A stretch of 64,000 bases of DNA from Mobula hypostoma (taxonomy: Eukaryota), in assembly GCF_963921235.1 (NCBI RefSeq), contig NC_086099.1:151342001-151406000 (forward strand), written 5' to 3'. Below the pieces are notes generated by a model, which did not search any database, was not told the DNA's origin, and was given only the letters and a program-made list of their open reading frames with translations. Numbering within the stretch: the stretch's first letter is position 1; every line of letters starts with the position of its first letter. Shown piece after piece: positions 38,305 to 62,448 of this stretch. A program made the translations under genes and the position numbers.

Positions 38305-39235
38305 GTTATGGACTTTCCTCTGCAGTTGGATCCTCAACTTCCTCATGGAGAGGCCACAATCAGTACGGATCAGAAACCTCATCTCCCCTTCACTACCATC
38401 ATCAGAGGCACACCTCAGTGCTGAGTGCTTAGCCCCAGTGCTACTCCCTCAGCATCAATGATGCAGAAAAGGCAGAGAACGTGACTGAGAGGGATAATAA
38501 ATCAGCCATGATGGAATGATGGAGCAAACTCAATGGGCCAAATGGCCTAATTCTGCTCCTATGTCTTATGATTGAGTGGCTAAGCATAGCTCCAAACACC
38601 ATCTTCAAATTCAACAATGATACCACTGTTGTTGCAGAATCACAGATGGTGACCAGATGGCATATGGAATGAAGTAGATCAGCTCATTAAGAGGTCTTGT
38701 AACAACAACTGTGTGCTCAACCTTGTACCACCACATTTCTAAATGGTCCATGAAACTATAAACATTATTCCTTTATTTTGCACTATTTATTTATTTTGTA
38801 ATTTATAGTAATTTTATGTCATGGCACTGTACTGCTGCCATAAAACAACAGATTTCATGTCATATAAGACAGTGATAGAAACCTGATTCTAATTTCTGGT
38901 GGACAGCAAAACCAAGGAACTGATCATTGACATTAGCAAGAGGGTGTCAGGTGAACACACACCAGTCTTCACTGAAGGGTCTGCTGTGGGAAGGGTGAAC
39001 AGCTTCAACATCTTGGAGGATCTATCCTGCACCCCAGCATGTAGATGCAACCATGAAAAAGGCACAAGAGCATTTCTTATTTCCTTAGAAATTGTCAGAT
39101 TTGGCACATCATTGAGGACTTGGACAAACTTCTGTGAAACACAGTAGAACGCATTCTGACTTGTTGCATCACTGCCTCGTATGGAAACTCCGATGCAAAG
39201 AAATGCAAGAGGCTACAAAGAGTACAGAACTTATA
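38305..39235 (+). mobile_element. fragmented Rex1/Babar LINE with nested CR1 tail (~38470-38575) and Rex1 tail (~38720-38890)
   Basis: tggatcctcaacttcctc; SKTKELIID; terminal acctgattct. Confidence 0.75.
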
Positions 39236-39545
39236 GTGGATATTCAATCTTTTTTTTGCTTATCTCAGCTTTCTAAACACATCAGCTGCCACTTGTAAAA
39301 CACAAACTGTTGTAAGCAAACTTCTACTAATATTGCTTTGTTTAACTTCTGATTGCAAATGGAAGCGGCTTCAGTACTTAAACTGGAATTGGAAAGCAGT
39401 AATCATGTTGGAGTTTAAAAACACAGCTTTGCAAACGAGCTCAGTATGGAGACACAGACAGCTAACTTGAGAGATGAAGTATAAGACAATGGATTGTTTA
39501 ATTTGGCTTGTTTCAAAACAGACGAAGCTGACTCACTTGCGAACG

Positions 39546-39817
39546 AGATGGATAATATCATTTAGTATATCAAATAGTTGGGAGTTTTATGTACTCAGAA
39601 GTTAGCTTTACAGTATTGTGAACTGAACATTGAGCTTTTATTTCCTCAGACACCCTTTTAACATAAACCATCTAAAACATTTTGGAGACATACTGTATAC
39701 CTCAGATTAATGTTCACTTTTCAGTATTAATGCTGTAAAGCTAACTTCCCTGAGTACATAAAACTTCCAACTATAAACACATCAGTTATTTGCTATGCAA
39801 AATGATATTATCCATCT
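39546..39817. repeat. unclassified imperfect inverted repeat (MITE-like)
   Basis: agatggataatatcattt / aaatgatattatccatct (18/18). Also agttttatgtactcag / ctgagtacataaaact and gaagttagctttacag / ctgtaaagctaacttc. Confidence 0.8.
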
Positions 39818-39904
39818 AAAAGAATTTTGAGAGGGGAAGAAATACAAGCTGGCCGGTGATGTTAGATCCGATGAGGGTGAAGGATCTCCTGATTACTTCC
39901 CATT

Positions 39905-40290
39905 CTCAGGTTGGTGGAACAAAACCTTATACTCCCTCTGGACAGCCTCCAACCTGAAGGTATGAATATTGATTTCTCTAACTTCTGGTAATTTATCTCC
40001 CGCTCCCTCCTTTGTTTTCCATTTCCCATTCAAGCTACCCTCTCAGCCCTTCTCTTCTTATCCTCCTGATTCCCTTCTTCCATTCCTTTATCCCAATGTC
40101 CACTATCTTCTCCTATTAGATTCCTCCTTCTTCTTTAACTCTTGCATCTATCCCCTACCAGCTTCTTACTTCATCCCCCTCCCCCACCCACCTACTTACC
40201 TTCCCCATCACGTCTTTCCAGCTTGGTTATTCGCCTCTATAGATGCTGCCTGACTTGCTGAATTCCTCCTGCATTTTGTTAGTGTTAGCA
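39905..40290 (+). mobile_element. Penelope-like 3' fragment
   Basis: EQNLI..LDSLQPEGMNIDFSNFW*, a pyrimidine tract and the conserved tail. The hammerhead segment is deleted. Confidence 0.85.
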
Positions 40291-40824
40291 TATTTTATAT
40301 TGCTGAGGGGGGAGAATAGACAGAATTGAGAAAATAGCAATGTTAAGGTGGAATGCATTTACTTTTGTTAGGCGATTTGCAAGGTTGGGAACCATATGTT
40401 TACAAAACACTTAAAATACCTTGTTTTAACCACACTTTCACTATATTATTTTTCTCTTCAGCAGGAATTGCCGGCAGTGCAAGATTGTGTAGATTAACAA
40501 TGAAGTAATTTATACCTTAAAAATTTGCTAATACCTTTTGTTTCTCTTATAGACTGCTGACCACTCTTCTTTGTAGATTGCTCACCTCAGATTTGTTCTC
40601 TGCTTCATTTTGCTTGCTATTGTTCCTTTCCTTTTCTTGATAAACAAACAGCACTCCTTGTCAAGTAAAGCAATTGTTTCCCTCTCCCTTTCTCTTCAAT
40701 TTTAAATGCTGATCATCTGTAATATTCTTCAAACTTAGCTTTCCTGCTCTCTCCAAAGGTACTCCATGGATTGTTAATTTGCTTCTGTTTAGTAAATAGC
40801 CAAACAGTTCTACTTTTATTTATG

Positions 40825-41032
40825 CAAACACGAGGAAGTCTGCAGATGCTGGAAATTCAAGCAACACACATCAAAGTTGCTGGTGAATGCAGCAGGTCAG
40901 GCAGCATCTCTAGGAAGAGGTACAGTCGACGTTTCAGTCTGACGAAGGGTCTCGGCCTGAAACGTCGACTGTACCTCTTCCTAGAGATGCTGTCTGACCT
41001 GCTGCGTTCGCCAGCAACTTTGATGTGTATTG
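40825..41032. mobile_element. Penelope-tail fold-back unit with 15-bp TSD
   Basis: Arms at 40860-40937 and 40957-41034 (74/78 match). TSD ctacttttatttatg at 40810-40824 and 41033-41047. Confidence 0.9.
40935..40972 (+). ncRNA. minimal type I hammerhead ribozyme motif (Penelope-associated)
   Basis: cagt-CTGACGA-AGG gtctcgg CCT-GAAA-C-GTC-gactg. The core is intact; stem I lacks one C relative to the family consensus AGTC/GACT. Confidence 0.7.
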
Positions 41033-42200
41033 CTACTTTTATTTATGATCTTTTATATTTCTTTAACTACTACTTCAGTTGTATCTGTAGTTCTGTTGGG
41101 CACTTTTAAACATTCTTCAGAGCAGTGAAATGCAACCAAACTGCCTACACTATTTCCGTATATCTTTTCAGAAAAGTATTTCACTCTTTAATAAGTTTTA
41201 AAAAGTTTTATTAATGCAACCTCTTTGCTTAATCTAAACCTACAAATGAACTGCACTTTCGATCTTTTCAACGCAGTTATGGAGTTTTCCACAATATTAA
41301 GCATCTCTATCCAGTATAAAGTGCAAAACTCTCCTGTAAAGAAAATAATGTTTTGGTGGAGCTGTTTTATTATCTATTCTGACCAAAGCTTTTCTAAAAT
41401 AAGTTTCATCCAGAAATCAGATATTTCTTATTCGCCTCATTTTGCGAAGTGTGCCAGGAGCGTTCTCCCAGAATTCATTCATTTTAGTTAGCAAGAGATA
41501 ATCACTTTCTTAAGGATCTTGCTATGCGCATCATCCATTGCATCAAGGCAACAATAACTGCACCGCCAAACGGATTTAACTATACAGCGGGAACATTTGT
41601 AACAAGCCGATCACAAAACGTGCATATTCATTAGGCTTCTTACGAACTTCCACCACCCGCCGTGGCCTTGCCTGGGACTCACTTCAGCGTCAGTTCTGGG
41701 TTTAGTGCATCGAAGCTCTGTCCGCTCGCGGGTTTCCCTAACCACACAATGAGATTCCTATTTGAGTTGATTTTATTTCCTGGCCTTTATTTGGTCCGCG
41801 GAAGCGGCCCCCCCCCGACACCATGAAGCCCCGGGTCAGTCACAAGCGACCGGGGATGGGGCGGGGCATTATTTGCTCTGTTCTCGTGATACCACAAGGT
41901 CTCGGACTAGACCAGTGTAACTGTGCTCGCCGGCTATATTTGACTGGAAATATTAATTCGATCGTCAGTTATTAAATTTTCCCGCACCATTGCTGTTGTT
42001 AAAATCATTACCGTGGGAAGTGTTGGATGTTTGGTCGGGGTAGTGTTTGACTGTGGGTCGTGGCGACCCCCGCGCAGACCGCTGTGTTGGTGCAGTCAGC
42101 AGACGGTTCCAGAAGCCCGGGCTGCGCGCGAGCTGCGAGCCGCCAGCCGCCTGCCGCCTGTCCGCCTCTGCCATCATCGCGCCGGCTCCCCGTCTGCAAC

Positions 42201-55463
<13,263 letters not shown>

Positions 55464-55586
55464 GCACATTTTTCTTCTGCTGGCAGGGAAGTGGCAGGAT
55501 TTGCCGTGATTGGTGACCTCCATTTGCTGATCAGTTATTTATTTTTGCATAATACTGTAAGCTACTTGTATTGTTTCAAAGAACCA

Positions 55587-55592
55587 AATAAA
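55587..55592 (+). promoter_or_regulatory. CCT5 polyadenylation signal
   Basis: AATAAA about 125 nt after the stop, with T/G-rich sequence downstream. Confidence 0.75.
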
Positions 55593-56434
55593 AGCATCTG
55601 TAACATCTCCAGATGTTTCACTTAGTTCTTGAGTGTATTAGTGGTTTCATTTTCTACTTGTGTAACATGGTAGCAGATATTTTGCGGTATATCAAAGTGA
55701 ACTGAGTTCTGGCTTGGTTACCACCTATCAAATGCTTTCACATAATCTTGCACTTATGTGGCTAAATGGAGATAGAAGTTGTAACTTTACCCTTGGAATT
55801 GGCAGCCATTGCTTGATTTTTTAAGTAAAAGATGTCAAGCAAATAATGCAAAAACTGCAGCCAGTCAAATGCCACGAAGGTGATCTATGTTTACTCTCAT
55901 ATGAAATCGAACAATAAGTAAGGAGTTAAGTCCTTGAGACTGAAGTGGAGATTTCCTTCTTATGAGAACAACTTTAGAATTTCCTATCCCTGAGAGCAAT
56001 AAACATCAAATCGGTATATTCTACATATAATTTTGGATTATAAGGTAATTGTGGGGTATAGGAATGAGTAAGAAAATAAGAAATCAAACTCAGAATCAAA
56101 AGCGCCATGGTTTTTGAATGCTGGAACACTACTTTTAAAAAACCCTCAAATCTTGTATGAAACAGGATTACACCATGATACAAACATTAAAATAAAACCA
56201 AAGGTCAAACAAAATAGAGTATATAGTTTCCAATATAGTATAATTTACCTGCACTTCTCACTCAATTTTGATGCACATGTTAAAGCAAAGAAGAAAAATC
56301 AGTTAATTTAAACACATAAAGTAATTACCTGATTGTCATAGAAAATCTGGAAGAATGCATGGCAACAGATTTCCCAGCACCATTTTGTATGCTTTCAGTT
56401 AATGCAATACCACTGTATCAACCCAGAGTGCACA

Positions 56435-56735
56435 ATGCATGGTAGCATAGGGGTTCGCATTATGCTTTACAGCACCAGTGATCTGGGTTCAATTTCTGCA
56501 GCCATTCATAAGGAGTTTGTTTCCTTTGTAACCCTGTGGGTTTCCTGTGTTTTGTTTTCCTCCCATGTTCCAAAGATACACGTTAGGATTAGTAAGTTGT
56601 GGCGTGCTATGTTGGCACCAGCAGCACGCAGACACTTACGATTTGCCCCCAGCATGTCCTCTGACTGTTGGTCATTGATGAAAACGATGCCTTACTCTGT
56701 AGGTTTAGATGCAAATGTGGCAAATCTAGTTTTAT
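56435..56735 (+). mobile_element. tRNA-derived V-SINE (HE1-like)
   Basis: ggtagcatagggg..gggttcaatt head; V-domain-like ggagtttgt..gtgggtttcct..ttcctccca..tccaaaga. Confidence 0.7.
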
Positions 56736-58479
56736 TATTTTATAAGTTAATTTTTGAAGAACACTCCCATATTTTTACGCTTTTGTAAATTACATACATT
56801 GCTGCTTAATGTAACCCTGCCTTAACTCAAATATCCATCAACTTTGAATTTTTCTTTGAAAACCACTTCTCTAAAATAAACATTTATTTCCTGTAACCAT
56901 GTCATGATTACACAGTACTCTCAAACTCAGTATCCTTCCTCAACTATTTCCAGTGCAGGTAGTTCTTTAGTTGATTGTAAGATGTACTCCATTCTCTACC
57001 TACTAGGACTATTAAATTAAAAATCAAGTCTGCTTTAACAGTCTGAAACAACTTTAATTTGTTACAATCCCTGGGGTGCAGGGATTCCCAACCTCTTATG
57101 TCATGGACCCTATGTTTGATACCCATGCTGGAGGGAGTTCCTGATAATACAAAAATAGATGGCAAAGTTAAGTGACAGTCTGCGAAGTGTTATAGATAAA
57201 TGGGTAAGCAAAACTTTGGCAAATGGATTTTAAAGGTGAAATCAACTTTGCTTAGAGGGATAACAAAGTAGAGGATGGATAGGTTGTAGCAAACATCTGA
57301 GCATCCTTAAAATAACTAGATACAAATAATAAGGCAAATAGTACAATTTGGTTTTTATGACAACATTCATAGACTTGTACAGTAAGGAAACATGCCCTTT
57401 GGCCCAATTCACCCATGATGACCAGCTTCGTCCAACTCTAGTTCTTTATGCTTGTGCTTGGTCCATATCTCTATAAACATTTCCAATGCATGTCTCACTC
57501 AAAGATCATTAAAATGTCATAGTGTCCATATGTTGTAATAGTATGGCCAGGGGTGGTACTACGGATAAGCTCCCAATGACATGCATTTCAGATAGCCTGT
57601 CAGAATCAAGCCCAGCTCCTGGCCTTCACATGTGGTTTAGCATCAAAGCCCAGCAAAATTTTCTATTGACAGAAAGGGCAATGGTAGGTTATTGGTGCCT
57701 TAAAACCAGCTTTCAGGCGGATGGTGCTCATAAGCTTTTCTAGGAGAAGGACCTCCACTGTCTAGTAGTTATACCCTCTCATTGTAGAGGCTTGGCAGTA
57801 AAAAGGAAAAATTGAAACCTGCCCGAGTCCCAAGGCAGTTGTGCATTGAGTTCAACACTGACTGACAAATCTGAACAATCGGTCTCTGTCCTTCCTTTGG
57901 ATTCATCACCTGCATGGAGAGGGGCAGCTTGTTCTCCATATCATACTGCCCTGGCTTAAGTATCATGTAAATAGCTGGAACACAATATTCATGGTCAACC
58001 CCGACCAATGGAATGGAGGGCCTCAATAGTATCCACCCCTATCACTACCTTTGGTAGCTCGTTCCATATAGTCACCAGAAGCATTTGTAAAACTTGCTCC
58101 TTAGGCCCCCTTTTAATCTTAGTCTTTTTGCCTTAAATTTCTGCCTTCTAGCTTTAGACTCCTGCACTATGGGAAGAAGATCGTAACTATGTCCCTTATG
58201 ATTCTAAATATCTAATGTCATGCCTCAAGATAAGGTGGGGAATGCCTGGAGTAAAGTGTATAACACAGACTATTTGAGAGATATTTAAATTTGGAGATAG
58301 TTCAGATGTTTATAAAGTTGATTTCTGAAATGTAGTTACTTTATGTGGAACAGTTGAACAGATTGGGCTGACATATGGCTTAATGGTTGATGTTGATGCT
58401 GATGCAGTTTATCCTCAGAGAAATCTAAAATAAGGGTCATTATACAGAATGAACTACACATGAAGGGATGTCAGGCTCC

Positions 58480-58980
58480 AGTCATATAAAGCATTGCAGT
58501 TAGGCCACACGGAGTATTGTGTAGCGTTTTGGCTGCCACACCACAGGGAAAAAAAACGAGTTTTAGGAGGTGCAGTAGAGATTCATCAGGATGTTAACTG
58601 GAACGTAGAGCTGTAGTTACAAGGAGAAAGTGAATTTATTCTCATTTGAACATGGGTCAGAGAGGTAAACTTAGAGGTTACGAGAGGCATAAAAGTGTTT
58701 TTTTTCTGGGCAGGGGAATCTAGAAATACAGGGCACAGGTTTAAAGTGAGAGATGGAGAGAAGTTTTTCAGAGGGTGGTGAATATCTTCTGTTAGCTGCC
58801 AGAGATGTTGATGGAAACATATAAAATTTACAGTGTATGAAAGGTATTTGAACAAATACTTGTATAGGAAAGGTAGAGGGACAATGGCCTAATGCAGGCA
58901 AATAGGATTAGCATAAACATCAAAGTTAGCATGGAGGAGGTGGGTTGACAGGGCTAGTTGCAGTTCTATACATTTCTATA
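58480..58980 (+). mobile_element. decayed CR1 3' fragment
   Basis: gttaggccacacggagtattgtgt; cagagggtggtgaatatct. Confidence 0.75.
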
Positions 58981-59251
58981 ATTATGAATTTCAAAGTGAA
59001 TCTTGGAAATTCCTTACTGTGATAGCTGTTAAGACTGAAGCAATCTGAGAGCAAGGGATACAAGCAAAAAAGTGGAGTTGAGGTCACGATCTAGTTTAAC
59101 GATGCAGCAAACTTAATTGCCCATATAGATGTTGTACTGCTCTCCTTGTGTGTAAATTAGGAAGTACACAATTCAGCAGTAAGTAAACTCCACTCAATTG
59201 AACATGGGAGTCAGGATACAGAGTTGCAAGAAAAAAAGTTTGAATCCTTTG

Positions 59252-60039
59252 CAAACACAAAATAATCTGCAGATGTTGGGGTCAAAGCAACACTCACAAC
59301 ACGCTGGAGGAACTCAGCAGGTCAGGCAGCATCAGTGGAAAAGATCGATCGACGTTTCGGGCCGGAACCCTTCGTCAGGACTATAGGGGGAAGGGGCAGA
59401 GGCCCTATAAAGAAGGTGGGGGGGGGAGGGTGGGAAGGAGAAGGCTGGTAGGTTCCAGGAGAAAAACCAGTAAGGGGAGAAATAAAGGGGTGAAATAAAG
59501 GGGTGGGGGAAGGGAGGCAGGGAGGTGATAGGCAGGAAAGGTGAAGAAAGAATAGGGGAAAACATAATGGATAGTAGAAGGAGGCGGAACCAAGAGGGAG
59601 GAGGTAGGCAGCTGGGGGAGGGGGCAGTGTGACATAGAGATAGGGGAAGGGAGGGGGAGGGAATTACCGGAAGTTGTTGAATTCTATGTTCATACCAAGG
59701 GGCTGGAAACTACCTAGATGGTATATGAGGTGTTGCTCCTCCAACCTGAGTTTAGCCTCATCATGGCAGTGGAGGAGGCCATGTATGAAAGTGGAGGGGG
59801 CCATGTATGGTTCTCTCAGTAGCCACCCACTTCAACTCTGCTTCCCACTCCCATTCAGATATGTCCATAGAATTCACCAACTTCCGGTAATTCCCTCCCC
59901 CTCCCTTCCCCTATCCCTATGTCACACTGCCCCCTCCCCCAGCTGCCTACCTCCTCCCTCTTGGTTCCGCCTCCTTCTACTATCCATTATGTTTTCCCCT
60001 ATTCTTTCTTCACCTTTCCTGCCTATCACCTCCCTGCCT
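59252..60039. mobile_element. Penelope-like 3' end (minus) fused to an inverted partial copy (plus)
   Basis: Full tail, hammerhead and GIY-YIG end on the minus strand. 174-bp inverted repeat at 59515-59688 and 59866-60039 with 2 mismatches. Confidence 0.9.
59347..59382 (-). ncRNA. minimal type I hammerhead ribozyme motif, best-preserved copy
   Basis: AGTC-CTGACGA-A-GGG ttccgg CCC-GAAA-C-GTC-GATC. Conserved core, GUC cleavage triplet, palindromic ACGU in place of stem III. Confidence 0.78.
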
Positions 60040-60049
60040 ACAAAAGCAT

Positions 60050-60296
60050 TTCTAATCACCTCAGTGTTCATCAGTCCATGGTAAGAAATAGTTTACAAAT
60101 GGAGGAAATTTAGTATTGTTGCTCCTCTCCTTAGTAGTGGGCATCCTACAATGATCACATCAAGAGGACAACTTGCAATGCTGAAGGAGGTGAAAAAAAA
60201 ACCAAGGGTAACAGCAAAAGACCTGCAGAAATCTCTAGAACTTGCTAAAGTCTTTTCATGATGTCCACTATATAAAAAACACTGAACAAGAATGGT
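60050..60296 (+). mobile_element. Tc1 transposase fragment
   Basis: YKWRKF..SGHP..MLKEVKK.PRVTAKDLQKSL..KTLNKNG. Confidence 0.8.
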
Positions 60297-61545
60297 AACA
60301 CGGGAAAATCTGCAGATGCTGGAAATTCAAGCAACACACACAAAATGCTGGTAGAACGCAACAGGCCAGACAGCATCTATAAGAAGAAGTACAGTCGACG
60401 TTTCGGGTCGAGACCCTTTGTCAGGACTAACGGGAAAAAGAGATTGTAAGAGATTTGAAAATGGGAGGGGGGAGGGGGAGATCCGAAATGATAGAAGACA
60501 GGAGGAGGAGGGATGAAGCCAAGAGCTGGGAAGTTGATTGGAAAAAGGGATAAGGCTGGAGCAGGGGGACTATCATGGGACAGAAGGCCTTGGAAGAAAA
60601 CAAAGGGGAGGGGAGCACCAGAGGAAGATGGAGAACAGGCAAGGAATTATTGTGAGAGGGAAACAGAATAAAAAAAAGGAATGGGGTAACAAGGGGAGAA
60701 GGGGCATTAGCAGAAGTTAGAGAAGTCAATGTTCATGCCATCAGGTTGGAGGCTACCCAGACGGAATATAAGAGATTGTTCCTCCAACCCGAGTGTGGCT
60801 TCATCTCGATAGTAGGGGAGGCCATGGATTGACATATCGCAATGGGAATGGGACGTGGAATTAAAATGTGTGGCCACTGGGAGATCCTGCTTTCTCTGGC
60901 GGACAGAGCATAGGTGTTCAGCAAAGCGGTCTCCCAGTCTGCGTCGGGTCTCACCAATATATAAAAGGCCACATCGGGAGCACCAGACGCAGTATATCAC
61001 CCCAGCCGACTCACAGGTGAAATGTCGCCTCACCTGGAAGGACTGTTTGGGGCCCTGAATGGTGGTAAGGGAGGAAGTGTAAGGGCATGTGTAGCACTTG
61101 TTCCGCTTACACGGATAAGTGCCAGGAGGGAGGGATGGTGGGGACGAATGGAGAAGGGAGTCGTGTAGGGAGCGATCCCTGCGGAAAGCAGAGGTGGGGG
61201 GCGGGGAGGGAATGATGTGCTTAGTGGTGGGATCCCGTTGGAGGTGGCAGAAGTTACGGAGAATAATATGTTGGACCCGGAGGCTGGTGGGGTGGTAGGT
61301 GAGGACCAGGGGAACCCTATTCCTAGTGGAATGGTGGGAGGATGGAGTGAGAGCAGATGTACGTAAAATGGGGGAGATGCGTTTGAGAGCAGAGTTGATG
61401 GTGAAGGGAAGCCCCTTTCTTTAAAAAAGGACATCGCCTTCGTCCTGGAATGAAAAGCTTCATCCTGAGAGCAGATGCGGTGGAGACGGAGGAATTGCGA
61501 GAAGGGGATGGCATTTTTGCAAGAGACAGGGTGGGAAGAAGAATA
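60297..61545 (-). mobile_element. Penelope-like retroelement, 5'-truncated (RT C-terminus, GIY-YIG endonuclease, tail)
   Basis: SSHPVSCKNAIPFSQFLRLHRICS; FTCESAGVIYCVWCSRCGLLYIGETRRRLGDRFAEH..PVATHFN..LQPDGMN. Hammerhead at 60393-60428 with CTGACGA mutated to CTGACAA. Confidence 0.95.
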
Positions 61546-61549
61546 CCTA

Positions 61550-62300
61550 TCCCGTTGCCGCTTGGCTCCGCCTGCGGGAAGTGACGTTGAGAGCGAACGG
61601 AAGCAGCTTGGTGATAGTCCAGGCTGGGCTCTCGAGTGGCGGCGGCACCGGGCTGTGTTCACAGCGGCGGTTTGGTAACGTGGGTTTATTTTCCACCGTC
61701 TGTGCAAGAAAATGTGGGTGGTTCAACGTTTGTGTTACCGGCTGGCGTAGATGGAGGGAGTGAGGGGCTTGGGGGCGGGGAGGAGAGGGTACAGTGTGGC
61801 TGTATCCCGATTTGGGTTATGTTACTGCTGGTTGTCGGCTCATCATGGTAAAGCGTTCAAAGCGCACCAGTCCACTCTTTCCCACTTCCCATGCTACCTT
61901 ACTTAACTCGACACACAAACACACACACACACATACACGTGAAGAATACCGAGTACCGGGGTTCAGCCTGACCAATTTGGACGGATGAGCTGGACCCACG
62001 AGGGGTAAAGATGAGACACCATCTCGTATCCGTACTAAGGGGGTCAGGGTTCCTCCTGGACAAGTGGGGGGGGGGAGTTCTTGGCTGATGACGGCCATCA
62101 TAAAATAACAACACGAGGCAATCTATCAGATAGAAGTGTAAATATGGAATCTTAAACACGAGGTGGGGGTATCGAAACAGCGCTGCCCGGTCGGTGCAGA
62201 CCGGGGCTGAGGAGATTGAGGAAAAGAGTGTCGACGTCGCCTGCCACCTAGTCGAGCCCGACGGCAGGAAGTGCCTCAAAGGGTTAATTGGCAAATGGAC
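61550..62300 (+). promoter_or_regulatory. CpG island promoter of the downstream gene; probable non-coding exon ending at ~61674
   Basis: CpG-rich. GGGAAGTGACGT (ETS/CRE-like) at 61576-61587 and CGGAAG at ~61598. Candidate donor ttg/gtaacg. Confidence 0.65.
61910..61938. repeat. (CA)n microsatellite, interrupted
   Basis: acacacaaacacacacacacacatacac. Confidence 0.8.
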
Positions 62301-62448
62301 CCAGTGATAGTCTGGGGTCTTATTTTATGGGGCGATTGTAATTAATTAATGCTGTGGGATAGATATGACTGCATTTGATTGAGTTACATTTTAAATGATC
62401 CCAATTCAAACATGTCATTTTAATTTGTTGTAGGTCTTTCATTGAAAC

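Noticed and set aside
55600-61500. CMBL exons expected from human synteny
   Set aside because: No dienelactone-hydrolase-like peptide was recognised on either strand; the region is mostly repeats.
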